A stretch of 62,510 nucleotides of DNA from Neovahlkampfia damariscottae (GCA_016618085.1 JABLTG010000124.1:1-62510), one strand, 5' to 3'. Numbered from the stretch's first letter, positions 35,206 through 47,653 are shown. Notes: generated by a model from the letters alone, not told the origin. Made by a program: numbers and translations.

Positions 35206-36132
35206 TTAAAATGATGAACTTGTAGCAGATGACTTCATTGAAGGATAAATATAATCATCATCTCCAGGTGGTTTTGGTAATACCAATTTTGAAGGATCAA
35301 ATTTGATTTTTGTTTTTGTTTGAACCTTTGGAACATGTTCTAAATGATCTTTCACTTGTTCTTCTTGTTGATCATTTGAAGATTCTTTTTTTTGATAAGG
35401 TTCATTTGATACTGATTGTACAGCCTTTGGTTTTGCCCATAATAACTTTAAAGGTACTTCATTAATAATTAATTTGTTGAAAAGACTTTCAGCAGCTATT
35501 TCAGCATCTTGACGATTTTCATATGTAATAAAAGCACAATCTTGTTTTCTCATGATTTTGATATTCTTAATTTCTCCATAAGGTGCAAAATTTGATTTCA
35601 AATCTTCTTCTTCAATAACCTGGCCTCCATTTAAACCTGAAATATATAAAGTTTTAATTTTTTTATCATCTGGAACAATTAATTTTTTTTTTGTTGAGTG
35701 TTGAGCAACGTCTTTATGTTTTGAACGAATTAGTTTTAAAATTTGATCTCTGTTGACTTGACTTTGAATTCTACCTGATTTTGATTGTTCCATATTACTT
35801 TCTGCCAGTTCAGCTTCATATATACTTGTTACTTCGTGTTTTAAACCACCAACTGCTTCTCTTTCACTGAGAACTGAATCACGAACATAAGCAGGTACTT
35901 GGAAATCTAAATCTAAACAACAAGATTGACATAAATTCTTTAAAGAAGAACATACATTACATATTACAGTTTTGAGGTATCTTGATTCTTTGTCTCTTTT
36001 CCAGTTAAATGAATTGAAAACTCTGAAACACATTTTGCATTCATCACCCATAGGACGTTTTATCATTCTTAAATATTGACTTTCACCTGTACAAGAAGAA
36101 CATAATGTTGGAAAATCATTTTCTTTGCTCAT
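35206..36132 (-). CDS. RBM22: Pre-mRNA splicing factor RBM22/Slt11 (Ecm2)
   Basis: FPTLCSSC..YLRM..ECKMC..KTVICNVCSSLKNLCQSCCLDL zinc-binding domain plus PDDKKIKTLYISGL RRM. Confidence 0.9.
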   Translation of the reverse strand: MSKENDFPTLCSSCTGESQYLRMIKRPMGDECKMCFRVFNSFNWKRDKESRYLKTVICNVCSSLKNLCQSCCLDLDFQVPAYVRDSVLSEREAVGGLKHEVTSIYEAELAESNMEQSKSGRIQSQVNRDQILKLIRSKHKDVAQHSTKKKLIVPDDKKIKTLYISGLNGGQVIEEEDLKSNFAPYGEIKNIKIMRKQDCAFITYENRQDAEIAAESLFNKLIINEVPLKLLWAKPKAVQSVSNEPYQKKESSNDQQEEQVKDHLEHVPKVQTKTKIKFDPSKLVLPKPPGDDDYIYPSMKSSATSSSF

Positions 36133-36193
36133 CTTTGTTTGTTTATTGTTGAAGCAAAAAGCAGAATGATTGGATAAAAAAAAACGAGAAAAT

Positions 36194-38853
36194 TTATTTT
36201 TTATTTTTTAAATTTTCAAATTCATCTTCAATTTTTCTAACTTTATCTTGTAAATCAATTATATTTTTTCGGACTTGAGAAGGTGTTTCTAAAATACTTT
36301 CTTTCAAATTTTTAATTTTTCGATCAACAGCAAAATGTTGGAATTCTGGAAGTGTTGGTTTGGTATTAACAATATCAACAATTTTATCATCTGATTTTAA
36401 TGTAATTAAACCATCAATTGCTTTGACTCTAATTTGACATTCTTGATGTCTCAATAATTCAACAAGAATTTCTTTTGATTCTTTTTTTATTTCATTATCA
36501 AAATGAGAAGCTGATTGAGCAAAACTTTCAATCAAAATTAATTTTGAATCATTTCTTTCATCATCCTCTTCAACTTTATTTTTCATCATTTCATAACATT
36601 CCTTATGTTTTTTTGATAATGAACTTAATGCTCTCCAGGCTCCTCTTCTAACAAATGCTGTAGAATATCTGTCATCACTATTCATGTGATCAACAATTAA
36701 ATCAAAAATTTGTTTAATTTCTGATGATTTGTATCTTTGAGTTGCTAATGCTTGTAAAGCAAAAGCATGGGAAAAATAAAATAATTCATTCTTTGCTTTT
36801 AAAAATTCCAACAAAGAATTCTTAATTTTTTCTTCTCTAAAGTCAATCATAGTTTTTGTTATTTCTGTTAAAACTATTGGATGTTTTTCTGATGAAAGCA
36901 TTTTACAAAGTAAATCACAAGTAAATCTTGATTTGTGATCACCTAATTCTTTGGCTAAAACTGATCTAACTCCATAGAATTCTTCAACTTTTATTGCTTC
37001 ATAAACTTTTTGTAATGAAGAATAAGTTCCAATTTTGATCAATTCAATTCCAGATCTAATTTTATTAAAGAAATCTTTTGAATTTTTCAAAGTGTTAAAT
37101 AAAATATCTTCACCTGGATTAAAATCAATCGAAAATAACATTTTAACATCAGGGTCAATTCTAATTGAAATTGGTATCAAATCAGAAACAAAAGAAACTG
37201 AAACATTGGCATCTTCAAATGTAACTGTCTTTGTTTCACATTTTCCATCTTCAAAAGTTACTTCAATATCTAAATCAAAATTGAATAATTTAATATCTTT
37301 TTTATTGTCTTCTTGAGTTTGTTTCAATGAAATAGTACATGTTTTTTGATTTGGTTGAAAATTAAATTTACCTTCTAGCATTGGATATCCCTTTCCATAG
37401 ATCCATTGATCAAAAAATTTAGTTAAATTTAAACCTGATGCTTCTTCCAAACATTTTCTAAAGTCATCTGTTTCAACTACTTTTTTGTAATATTTCTCAA
37501 CATAGTTATGAACACCAGACCAAAATATATCTTCTCCAAGTAGTTTTTTTAACATATGAAGTCTCCAACTTCCACCTGGATAAGTATGTCTATCAAACAT
37601 ATTCCAACTACAATCATATTGTCTTGTAACAATTGGTCTTGTGTATTTTTTCGTTTCATTAAAATATCCTTGTTGTTCATCATAAAGTTCTAAATAAGAA
37701 ATATCTTTTGAATAAGCATCTTCAAGCCAACAAACTTCCATATATGTTGCCCAACTTTCTTTCAACCAAACATGTTCAAAATGTCTTATAACAAGAGCAT
37801 CACCAAAATAAGAATGTGTACATTCATGTAAGACAATAATATCAACCAACCATTTCCATTCTTTTGCTAATTTTTCATCTAAAAGGAAAATATAATCCCA
37901 AGTCACAAGTGAAATATTTTCCATAGCTCCACCAACCCAAGGTCCAATAACTTGAAAATATTTTGGAAATGGAAATTTCACTCCAACTTTATTTTGTAAC
38001 CATTTGACAATACCAGGTGTGGAACTATTAAAAAAAATTAGTTTCAGAAAACTCTTTAAACTTACTCAAAAGTTAATTTTAAATCTTGTTCTGATGTTCC
38101 TTTTGGTGCTATATATGAAATTGGAATGTTTTCAAATTTTTCATCTTCAACTACGATAAATTCTCCAATAGCAAAGCAAATTAAGTAACTTGGACAAATG
38201 AAATCACAATTCCAATGTGATATTTTCATGTTATTTTCAACTTCCTCTTCTTTTTCCAATACACCATTTGCAAAGAATGAATAATCTTTTGAACTTTTGA
38301 GATGAAAGGATAATGAAGTTCTTATAGTAGGATAATCGATACAAGCCAACCAATATCTAGCCCTTTCTGATTCATGATCAGTAATAGCATAAGCTCCAAC
38401 TTTTTTTTTTTTTTAATTTTTTTTTTTTTTGTTACTTTTTTTTTCATTTGGAGAAGAAAATTGAATGCCTGAAACAGGTTGATTGACATTATAATCAAAT
38501 TTAATTTTTCTAATTTCTTTTTTTTCTAAATTATTTTTCCAAAACACTTTTATAATTTTTCCATCATAAGTAAACTTTAACTCTTTTTTATTTTCTTCTG
38601 TGATATCCTGAACAGTTAATGTGTTAAAACCGATCCCATTAAAGCTTAAAACATGTTCTGGTTGATTACATTCAATCGTTGTGACTACAGAAACATCAAG
38701 AAATCTTTTTTTGATGTTAATTTCCAAAGAGATATCAAGATGTTTAGGTTCAAGTTTTAAATCTGGTGCATAGTGAGATTTTCCTCCAGAAATTGTAAAA
38801 TTATTATTCAATGAACAACAAGAAGAGCATTTTTTAACTTCTTGGTGTGGCAT
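36194..38853 (-). CDS. M1 aminopeptidase with C-terminal HEAT-like repeats, 3 exons
   Basis: GAMEN, HECTH(x18)E and RHTYPGG motifs; introns at 38400-38435 and about 38026-38065. Confidence 0.92.
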
Positions 38854-38912
38854 ATTTTAAGTGGTCAATTTTTATCCAATCATTCTTTGCAAACAGTTTT
38901 GTTGATGTTTTC

Positions 38913-39464
38913 ATGGGAAATTCAAATGAAAAAAATAGAATAAACCAAGAATGGAATTTCATTTGTTTTAATAATAAAATTGAAAAAGCTAGAGAATTAA
39001 TCGACAAACGTGAATTTTCAGAACCAAATCCAATTTTTTTTTGTTCAGAAAATTATGAAATAATGAAATTTTTATTAAATTCAGGAATATCACCAAATTT
39101 AAAATCTTTAAAATATAATAATGGAACACCTTTACATCAAACAGCTTTTACAAATAATCCAGAAACTCTGAAATTGTTAATAGAAGAAGGTGGTAATATT
39201 TTTTTAAAAGATGACGATGGAGAAACACCTTATTCAATTGCAAGAAATTTTTCTAGATATAAAACGATGGGTGTTCTAAGAGAAGAAATGGTCAAACAAA
39301 ATTTTGATGTAAAAAATATGAATTCATTAGAATATGTTTGTCAAGAAGAATTTTTCGATTTTTTTGATCATTGTCTTGAAGAATCACAAGTTCAAAGTTT
39401 TTCAAGGATAAAAAAAAAATTTTATGATTGTTTGAAAGGAGCATTCAATAAAGATGAATTTTAA
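38913..39464 (+). CDS. Small ankyrin-repeat protein, possibly N-myristoylated (MGNSNEK)
   Basis: GTPLHQTA..LKLLIEEGG..DDDGETP ankyrin motifs. Confidence 0.8.
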   Translation: MGNSNEKNRINQEWNFICFNNKIEKARELIDKREFSEPNPIFFCSENYEIMKFLLNSGISPNLKSLKYNNGTPLHQTAFTNNPETLKLLIEEGGNIFLKDDDGETPYSIARNFSRYKTMGVLREEMVKQNFDVKNMNSLEYVCQEEFFDFFDHCLEESQVQSFSRIKKKFYDCLKGAFNKDEF

Positions 39465-39517
39465 AAATAGATTTTTTTATCCAATAAAAAACAACACAAC
39501 TTTAGACCCACAAAAAA

Positions 39518-40253
39518 TGAGAGAAAGAGAAAATGAAACTATAAAAAAAGCATTATTGTTTCAAAAAATAACTATTGCCCTATATGGTGTTTCATTCATT
39601 TATAACTTGATGAGGTTGGTTGGTTTTATAATTTATACACCAAATGTTTTTATGAACTTTGAAAAGGTTTTGTACAATATTGGGCGGATATTTAATCTCA
39701 TAGGAGCAGTTCCACAAATATTTTCATCTATAATTTCAATTATTACTTTATCTTTTTTCCATGAAATAAGATATAGAGCTTTACGTGAATTTGTTCTTGT
39801 GTTGGTAGGCAAAAAAAAAAATTAAAAAAAAAGACAATTTCTTTTCAAGGTATTTGGGTGTCTATATCAATTTTATTCACAATTGTGACTATTGCTGCTT
39901 TTATGTCAAGTTACTCAAATATGAATCCAAGTGATGTTTTTATTTTAGCTGCTCCAACTGTTGGCAGTTTTCTCATTGATGTAACTTTATCTTTTGTAAT
40001 TTCTGGAGCTTTTGTTACATTTATTTACTTTTTATTCAAATATGATTCTGAAGGTTTTGAGCAACTTGAAGAACAAACAGAAGAAGTAGAAAATATGAAT
40101 GATGAAATTACAACCAAACTTCAAGAAGAAGAAGAAATTCAAAAGGATGAACAAACAAAAGAAGAAGTAGTTTCATCCAAAGATAATGATCTAAAAGAAG
40201 AAATTAAAGTAGAATCACCAGTACAAGAAATGAACTCGGAAGAAGATCAATAA
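39518..40253 (+). CDS. Four-TM membrane protein with acidic tail (intron about 39804-39849)
   Basis: Hydrophobic helices in both ORFs, joined by an A-rich GT-AG intron. Confidence 0.65.
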
Positions 40254-40267
40254 CAGTTTTTTTTTTA

Positions 40268-42253
40268 TCAATTTCCTTCATAATATTGTGGTGCTGTTGG
40301 TGGTGGTCGTTGCTCTAATTCAATTGGAGGTGGTTTGTAATTGGTTACTCTTTTGGAAGGAACTGTTCTTTGTCTTGGGATTAAAGCACAAAAATTCCAA
40401 CAGCAAAATAATCCACATCCAATAAACATCAAAATAATTATTATCAAAAACACAACTCCAACACCAGAACCTGCTAAACTACCAAGAATAATGATAAAGT
40501 CTGTGCCAATTGTTGAAGGAGCTGGATTACAATAATTATAAGTTCCTCCACGAAGAGCAGCTAATTTCTCTTTTGAATGGGTTATTCTTGTACATCCTGT
40601 ACTTCTACTTTTTAATTCATTTTTAATGTCATCAAGATTATTGTGAATCCTTCAATTTTTAAAATCAAAATTCTTACTTCAATAAATCAGAGATTAAAGC
40701 GTCAACACCACTAACACCCAGTAAATCACCTTCATTAGAAAAACAAGGACTGGCTGATGTTGTCATTGTAATGTTCAAACTGAAGTCAAGGTAAATTTCA
40801 CTCCAAACACTTGGTAAAGCTTTATCAGAAGCAAAATACTTTCAAGAATTAGATGCATAATTTTTCTTTTACTGAATAATAATTAGCCATTTGAGATCTT
40901 AAATCATCAGTGTCTGATAAAAACTATGAATACTTTTTTGAAATCAAACCTTTGATACTTTTCCACAAACCATCTGTTGCACAAGCAAGTTGTGTTGGTA
41001 CAATTCGATCAGCTTCTGAACCAAATGAATAAGAGAATACCTTTGCATCGTATTTTGCTTTATTTGCTTCAATCAATGTCATTGGATTTGCTCCTTTACT
41101 TTGTACACCATCTGTCATGAATAAAAATGCAGTTTCACAATTTGGAGCAGCAGTAGTCGCATCCAAGACTGAATATCCAAGTTTAAATGCATCTTCAAAA
41201 TCAGTACTTCCAGAAGCAACACTAAAACTGTGAATTTTTTTTTTTTTTAGGATTTTACAATGAGTCAATGCATTGTTTTAGCAAAATTCGATTATTTTCG
41301 TTTGCAGGGACCAACTTACCATTTCCTGCAAAAACACAATCTTGAGCAAATGTTGAAAATTTAATCACAGAAACCCTTGAAAATTAGAATGATAAATAAT
41401 CACCAATCATTGAATGATAGTCCATCTATAATTGTTTTTGCTGCTGATTTCGCTTTATTTAATCTTTCTGTAGTCATTGAACCAGAAACATCAATCAATA
41501 AAATAATTCTCTTGTTTCCGGATGAAGCAGAAACATACCTACCAAAAAATTAAAAAAAAAAAATTAACCATGGTCGAAATCTGGCATCATAAACCGCACA
41601 TGTACCAGGTACTTGACATCCAGATGTATCTAAATTATAAGTCCATCTTCGAGCAGGATGATACAAAGCAGCACCATATTCACTACCAACATATTGCCAA
41701 ACTAATTTAGAGTCTGTGATACTATTCTGTTGAATTTTGGTTTAAATAGTAATTTTATTACTTGTTGAAAAACTGTATTCATTTGAGGTGTTGAACATAA
41801 AAATGATTTCATTTCTTTCGAATTTTTATCAGCATCTTCAACAAATCGAATAACTGATTTTAAGTTGGAAATTTTGGCATTTGAACTGCTACAACCACAA
41901 TCCTGATCAGCTAAAAATGATTAAAAATTAAAAATTACTTCCAAATCCTGGAGTACAGGTGAGTGAGGCTTCAGTTTCTAAATTAGATGAACAGGCATCA
42001 ACATAAGGACAAGCATTTCCAGAATTTGGATCATAAGAACCATAAAATTTCTATTATTTAGTTTTTTGGTTTCTTTTACCTTCAGCTCTGTACAAATTTT
42101 CTTTTGCATTTTCTTCAATTAATTTTTTTTTACTTGAGAAAGTAAAGCTTTTTGATCTAAATCAGCTTTTAGTGCCACCAAATCACCAGAGATAATAGAA
42201 ATAGAAGAAATAAAAATCAAACATGTCAAACCCAAATGACTTGTCAACATCAT
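40268..42253 (-). CDS. Compact alpha2-delta/CACHD1-like protein: signal peptide, VWA_N/Cache, vWA, Cache and TM; multi-exon
   Basis: WQYVGSEYG..YDARFRPWYVSA..LIDVSGSM (MIDAS), FMTDG, WSEIYLD..LLGVSGVD and a C-terminal TM. Confidence 0.8.
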
Positions 42254-42311
42254 CGACAGGTTATTTCACCAATGAAAAATGAGTTGAACAACAAACTTGA
42301 TTTTTTTATTC

Positions 42312-44884
42312 CTAAAAAATTGATTGAGAATTATTGACAGCCCAATTATATGCTTTGTATTTTATCGAAACTTTTGTATTTTTTTCTAAAATTGTCTTAA
42401 GACCCTCTTTCAATTCTTTGTCAGTACAATGCTCTTGAATGAATTGTAAGACTTCACGATTATCTTTCCCAAAATCTTTATAATACCATTTAAACAACAT
42501 ACTCAAAGTAACTTTGTTCTTTTTCAAATTTACAGTTATTTCTTGATCAATATAACTTGCTGATGCTAAATTCAAGCCTGTATTGTAATTATTTGGATTA
42601 TAGACTTTAATTCTTGGACATGATTTAGCTCCACAAACTAATGCAAAATGTAATCTTGCATCTTTTGTTTTAACAGCATAATCTGCTCTTTTATCTTTTT
42701 TTGAAAAATAAAATTTTTTAACACCTCCCGGTCCAGGAGAATTGGCTCTTAAAATGCCATGTTCAATATCATTTAAAGAATACAAATAGCCTCCAATATT
42801 GTATTTATAGGCACTAAAAAATTTGTTTCTTTCTAGAGCATTTTTAAAAGCACCATGAACAACGAAGGCATGAATAACAAGAGCATTGTAAATGTTTATA
42901 AAACAACAACTTTTTTCAACATCTTTTAATTCTTCAACTTTCATCTAAAAAGAAAATTAAAAATTTTGATGTTTAAATTCCTTACAGATTGAAGTTCAAT
43001 TGCTGAATTACAATAATCTTTGAAATCTTCACTTTTTCCAAGTTTTTCATAATCAACACCATTATCAGTGATATATTTTGTATGCAATACTAAAAGACTC
43101 TTTTGTAATCTCTGAGTTACAACCATTGCTGATAAAGGAATTCCATTAAATTTTCTATGCATGTTTAAGACTTTAGAGTCATCATCAATAGAAAATCTAT
43201 AAATATTTGAATTCAAATCAAATCCTTTAGTATCAAGAATATGATGAAAATAACATTCTTGAAGCATTTGTTCACCTACTTCCATAATTTCTTTTTCCTG
43301 TAATTTATATCTTTTTTTCAACCAATCACCAAAGTTTTTACCTTTCCAGCAACGATTGTATTTTTTAAATTGATACAAAAAGGTACCATAACCTTTTATA
43401 CCTATTTTAGAATTTTTACATTGTCTAATTAAATCAACCAATTGTGACTCTTCTGTTATTTTCAAATACTTTGCTATTGGTCCATCAATAGTTGTTGTTT
43501 TGAGATTTTGTGTTCTTTCTCTTTCAAAAACTCTTTTTTCCATTTCAAGATAATCACCAGAATTCACAAAATCATCATAAATTATTTGATAAAAACTTAA
43601 AACGCACTCTGTTATAGGATCAAACATATCTGATTCAATTTCACCATTCCTAATTGCTTCATCAATCTTTTTTATTGATGAATTTACTCTAGTTGATGAA
43701 ACATCTTTATAAGAAGTATTCAATTCAATCAATAATAATTGTTTGATAAAATTTTCATTATAGATGAATTTCTCTCCAATTAATTGAGCGCATGTGATAT
43801 AATCAGTTGAATTTGTATTTTCACATAATTCTTGAAAAAAGAAATGAGTGTTTAAATAATCCAATGCAGTAAAATTTTGTTGTGAGTTCTTTTTCATGTA
43901 ATTTTCAAACACTTTTCTTCCAATATCATTTTGTACAACTTGTCTCAAAGAATATCTCATTTCTTCTTCATTATGATCAACTTCATCAATTCCATCAAAA
44001 TTCATTGTTGAGTTTAAATCAATATCATCTGTGTATTCTTTAAACATGAAAGAATCATTTGAAAGTGAAAGACTCAAATGATCACTTAAATGAGTTGGTG
44101 AAGGTGTATAACTTGGTTCATTGGTACTACTGGTACTATCTCTTGAATTTTCATTTTTCATTTTTTGTTTATCTTTTGGAGATGTCACGTCATTCGATTT
44201 TTTTTTTTTTTCGTTGATTGGATCATTTGAAGTCAACTTATTTTTTCTTGGACTTATGAATAAATTTTCATAATCAGCACTTAAATGTCTTACATCTCCT
44301 TGATCAATTGATTTTTTTCTTTTTGCTTCTTGTCTCATTGGTAATAAATCAATTACTTCATTTTTTTTATGAGTTATTGAAAGATAATATTCTGAATCTA
44401 TGAAACGAGGATATGAATCAACTGATAATTCATGAAATATTGATGAACGCATAGGACGAAATAATTCTTCAAAACTAATATCCAATGTCCAAATGGTGGA
44501 TGTTTCTTTTAAATTTGCCAATTGTATTTTATCAAATAATGATACTTTGGCATTTCCTGCGAGGTTAATCTCTTTAGGAGAATTATGTTTCAAGTAAGTA
44601 TTTATCAAACGAAATGTTTCGGAAATGTACTCCGTATCCTCTTTTTTACCACGAGAAAATTCATCAATTTCATTTATAAAGTTCCTATTTTGTTATTAAT
44701 TTTTTTTTTTTTTTTACCAAGGTTCTAAATTGTATTCTGTTGCCAAAAAGGTTTCATAGGCTTCTCTCAATTTTGAGTCATAATATACAGCCTCAAGCAT
44801 TGATGGTGTAGTTATAATTACACGTTTTTGTTCGCCATTTGACTCATAAGTCAACAATTCCAAGTCTGTTGGTGTTTTGTTCAT
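42312..44884 (-). CDS. RGS-RGS-DEP-DUF547 protein, 3 exons
   Basis: FLATEYNLE..SPKEINL..DSYPRF RGS, a second RGS-like segment, CWKGKNFGDWL..YFHHI..IYRF DEP, and FINIYNAL..SLNDIEHGILR..DARLHFALVCGAKSCP DUF547. Confidence 0.85.
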
Positions 44885-45011
44885 GAAGCAATTTTTCAAA
44901 CGGACTTTATTTGATTGGTGGTAAATTAGGCCAAGTCAACCAAATGTAGATAAGAAAATTACTATTTCCAACATTTTATTCAAAAAGTTCAAAAGAATCA
45001 AATGGATTTAA

Positions 45012-46378
45012 TTAATAAAAATTTACAACTTCTAAATCAATTTTTTTCTTTTTCATCAAAATTTTGTTCAGATTTTGAGGAATAGCAGCGCTTCCAATAT
45101 TCAAATATTTCAAATAAGAATTCACAACAAATTGTAGAAATTTCTTTGAAATTGGTTTTATAATTACATTTCTCATTTCAAATTTTTCAATTGAATTTTG
45201 TAAATTTTCAAAATCTAATTCGTTATAACAACAATCATCTTCTTCAAAAGATAAAATTGTAAAATCTTTTAAATTAGGCAATTTTAAACATTCCTTCAAT
45301 TCATTAGGTTTAATATAACTATAAAATGATAACGATTTCAAATTTGAACAATTAATAATTCCTCTAATTCCAGATCGAGTTTCAAGTAAATATAAATGTG
45401 ATAAATTCTTTAATTTAATTAAACAAGAAATATCCATTTCTTCAATACCTAAAGATTCTAAATTTGGTGAATTCTCGACAATTCTTAATTGTTGCTTTTT
45501 TGAGAATGATCTACCTAAATCTGGAACAAAATAACTTTTCAAATTTTTAACATTAGAAAGTTCATTTAAACCTTCTTCTGATAAATTCATCCCATGAAAA
45601 TGTATATTTCTTAAACTTTTCATTGTTCCAAGATTCAATTCTTTTACAAATGAATCAGTAATGGTTGAATTGTTAATATGTAAATCAACAAGTGGACATT
45701 TTGATAATTCTTTGGCTAATTCAGATGATTCAAATGCAAATTTTGAGTTTAATGAAAAGTCTTTCAATTGATTCTTTCTCACAATTTTGATTAAATTTTC
45801 TTCAATTTTTTTTTCATTATTTTGTCGATTATCTCTTATACCAATAGCTTCAATATTTGATAACATTTGAAAAACATCTGGAATACCTTTAAAACAATTA
45901 AATTTTTTCAATATTTTTTTTTTTACCAAAATAATCTGTTGAAGTGATAATCAATCCTTTCAATGATTTTGTATAGACTTGTGCATATTTTTTATCAATA
46001 TGATTCTTTTGAAATAGGTATAATAAATGCGCCATAGTTGCCAAAGAACTTGTGATAATTGTCCTTATACCGCTTGGAAGACGAAAATTTAAACTTCCCA
46101 TGACTATTTAGAGTATTTTCTTCATTAGAATTTTTTTTGATGATTTTACTTTCCATTCCATTGAATATCAAATATATTTTCCTTCTTTGATCTGTCGAGA
46201 AATATCCATAAACATCTGCCATCATATCTTGTGAAGTTTCTCCATTAAAAGAAAAATAATGGAATTCTAAAATATACAATCGAATGCTATATGGAATCCT
46301 TTGTACTATGTTCAAAGAATCTTTTTCTTTTTTAATTTTCTCTAGAAGGTAACCTCTTGTTTCGTATTTTCTCTTCAT
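45012..46378 (-). CDS. F-box-like LRR protein with an apparent frameshift near 46000 (pseudogene or sequence error)
   Basis: IPYSIRLYILEF N-terminal motif and LxxLxL repeats; three ORF pieces, one junction explained by an intron near 45890-45926. Confidence 0.6.
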
Positions 46379-46381
46379 CCA

Positions 46382-46685
46382 ATGAAGTTTGAATTTCTGT
46401 CTGATTCGTTCATTTTTTTTTTGGTTGTTGCAAAATTTAAAAAACTTTCAGTAGTTCTGTATGGTGTAAAGGTTATCACTCATATATTTCGGAACCGTTC
46501 TTAGTAATACAATCATCATTAAAAGATCAATTAAATGAAGATAAATTTAAAATGAATTTCCAAATTAATATTAAATATTATGGTTCCATAGATGGGTATT
46601 AAATCAAGTTTGGTTGTATTTTATTGTTAAAACTTGAAATAGTTGGATCATTCCTAAAATAAAAATTCAATCAATTTTTGATTGA
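46382..46685 (+). CDS. Cryptic 3-exon, 70-aa ORF or gene remnant
   Basis: Introns 46408-46451 and 46596-46642 give MKFEFLSDSSSVWCKGYHSYIS...SIDGWIIPKIKIQSIFD*. Confidence 0.3.
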
Positions 46686-46775
46686 AGTTTTAGGAACAAT
46701 TATTGGTTGACAAATTATATTTTAACGTTGCGGAAAATTGACACTACTTGATTGGACAACACTTTTCACACTAAA

Positions 46776-47653
46776 ATGGACGCTGTTTTAGCTAAATACA
46801 ACGAAATTTTTACATACGACGGATTTGCAAACCACAGTATTCCATGGTATATGCAAGGAATTTACCGTGATGTTATTCCTTTTTCAGCAATAGTCGTTTA
46901 TCTTTTTGCTTTGTGGATTTTACCAAAAATTGTTCCAAAAGGCGGAATGAATGTAAAACCAATTATGGCTGTTTGGAATTTATTACTCTCTTTAATGTCA
47001 GGAGCTGTCGTTATTTGTTGTGGAGTTGGTTATGCATTTAAAATTCAAGAGTTCGGAGCTTTTACTTTATTTTGTGATAAAGATCAAATCTCCTATAGAG
47101 CTGACCCTATTGCATTTTGGGGCACTTTATTCGTATGGAGTAAATTCGCAGAATTGTTTGATACAATTTTGACAATTTTGAAAAAACCACAAGGACATGT
47201 AAAAAAAAAAAACTTTATTAACAAAAATCCTTTTCATAGATTGAATTTTTACATTGGTATCATCATGTTACAGTTTTACTTTTCACTTGGTATTGTGTTG
47301 TTTTTCATATGTCAACTGGTTTTATTTTTGCTACTGTAAATGCTACTGTACATACATTTATGTATTGGTATTATTTCAAAGCAACAATAGGACAAAAACC
47401 AACATGGGGTATGGCATTAACTTTATTACAAATTTCACAAATGTTTGTTGGATTAGGAGTTAATGGATATTATGCATATTTATATTTCAATGGAGTTGAT
47501 TGTGGATGTGATGAACCTGGTATTGTAATGGCTGCATGTGGTGTCATTTATTTTTCATATTTACTTTTATTTGTTCAATTTTTCCTTAAAAAATATTTCG
47601 GAATTGGTGTTGCTTCAAAAGATGCAAAAAAAACAGAAAAAAAATCACAATAA
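46776..47653 (+). CDS. ELO/GNS1 fatty-acid elongase (intron 47199-47239)
   Basis: SKFAELFDT, FLHWYHH, NATVHTFMYWYY and TLLQISQM motifs. Confidence 0.95.

Noticed and set aside
42118..42135. Frameshift in the vWA/Cache gene suggesting a pseudogene or programmed frameshifting
   Set aside because: It falls in a 9-nt homopolymer and a one-base indel restores the frame, so it is most likely a sequencing error; the same caution applies near 61550
46455..46600. tRNA-Glu/Gln-like 5' half (TGGTGTAAAGGTTATCAC...TTC) as an intron-containing or split tRNA
   Set aside because: No T-arm/B box or 3' acceptor strand follows, and the same DNA reads as a spliceable coding frame
46630..46660. GGATCATTCCTA resembling U3 snoRNA box A
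   Set aside because: No recognisable B, C or D boxes or room before the elongase promoter; the match is short
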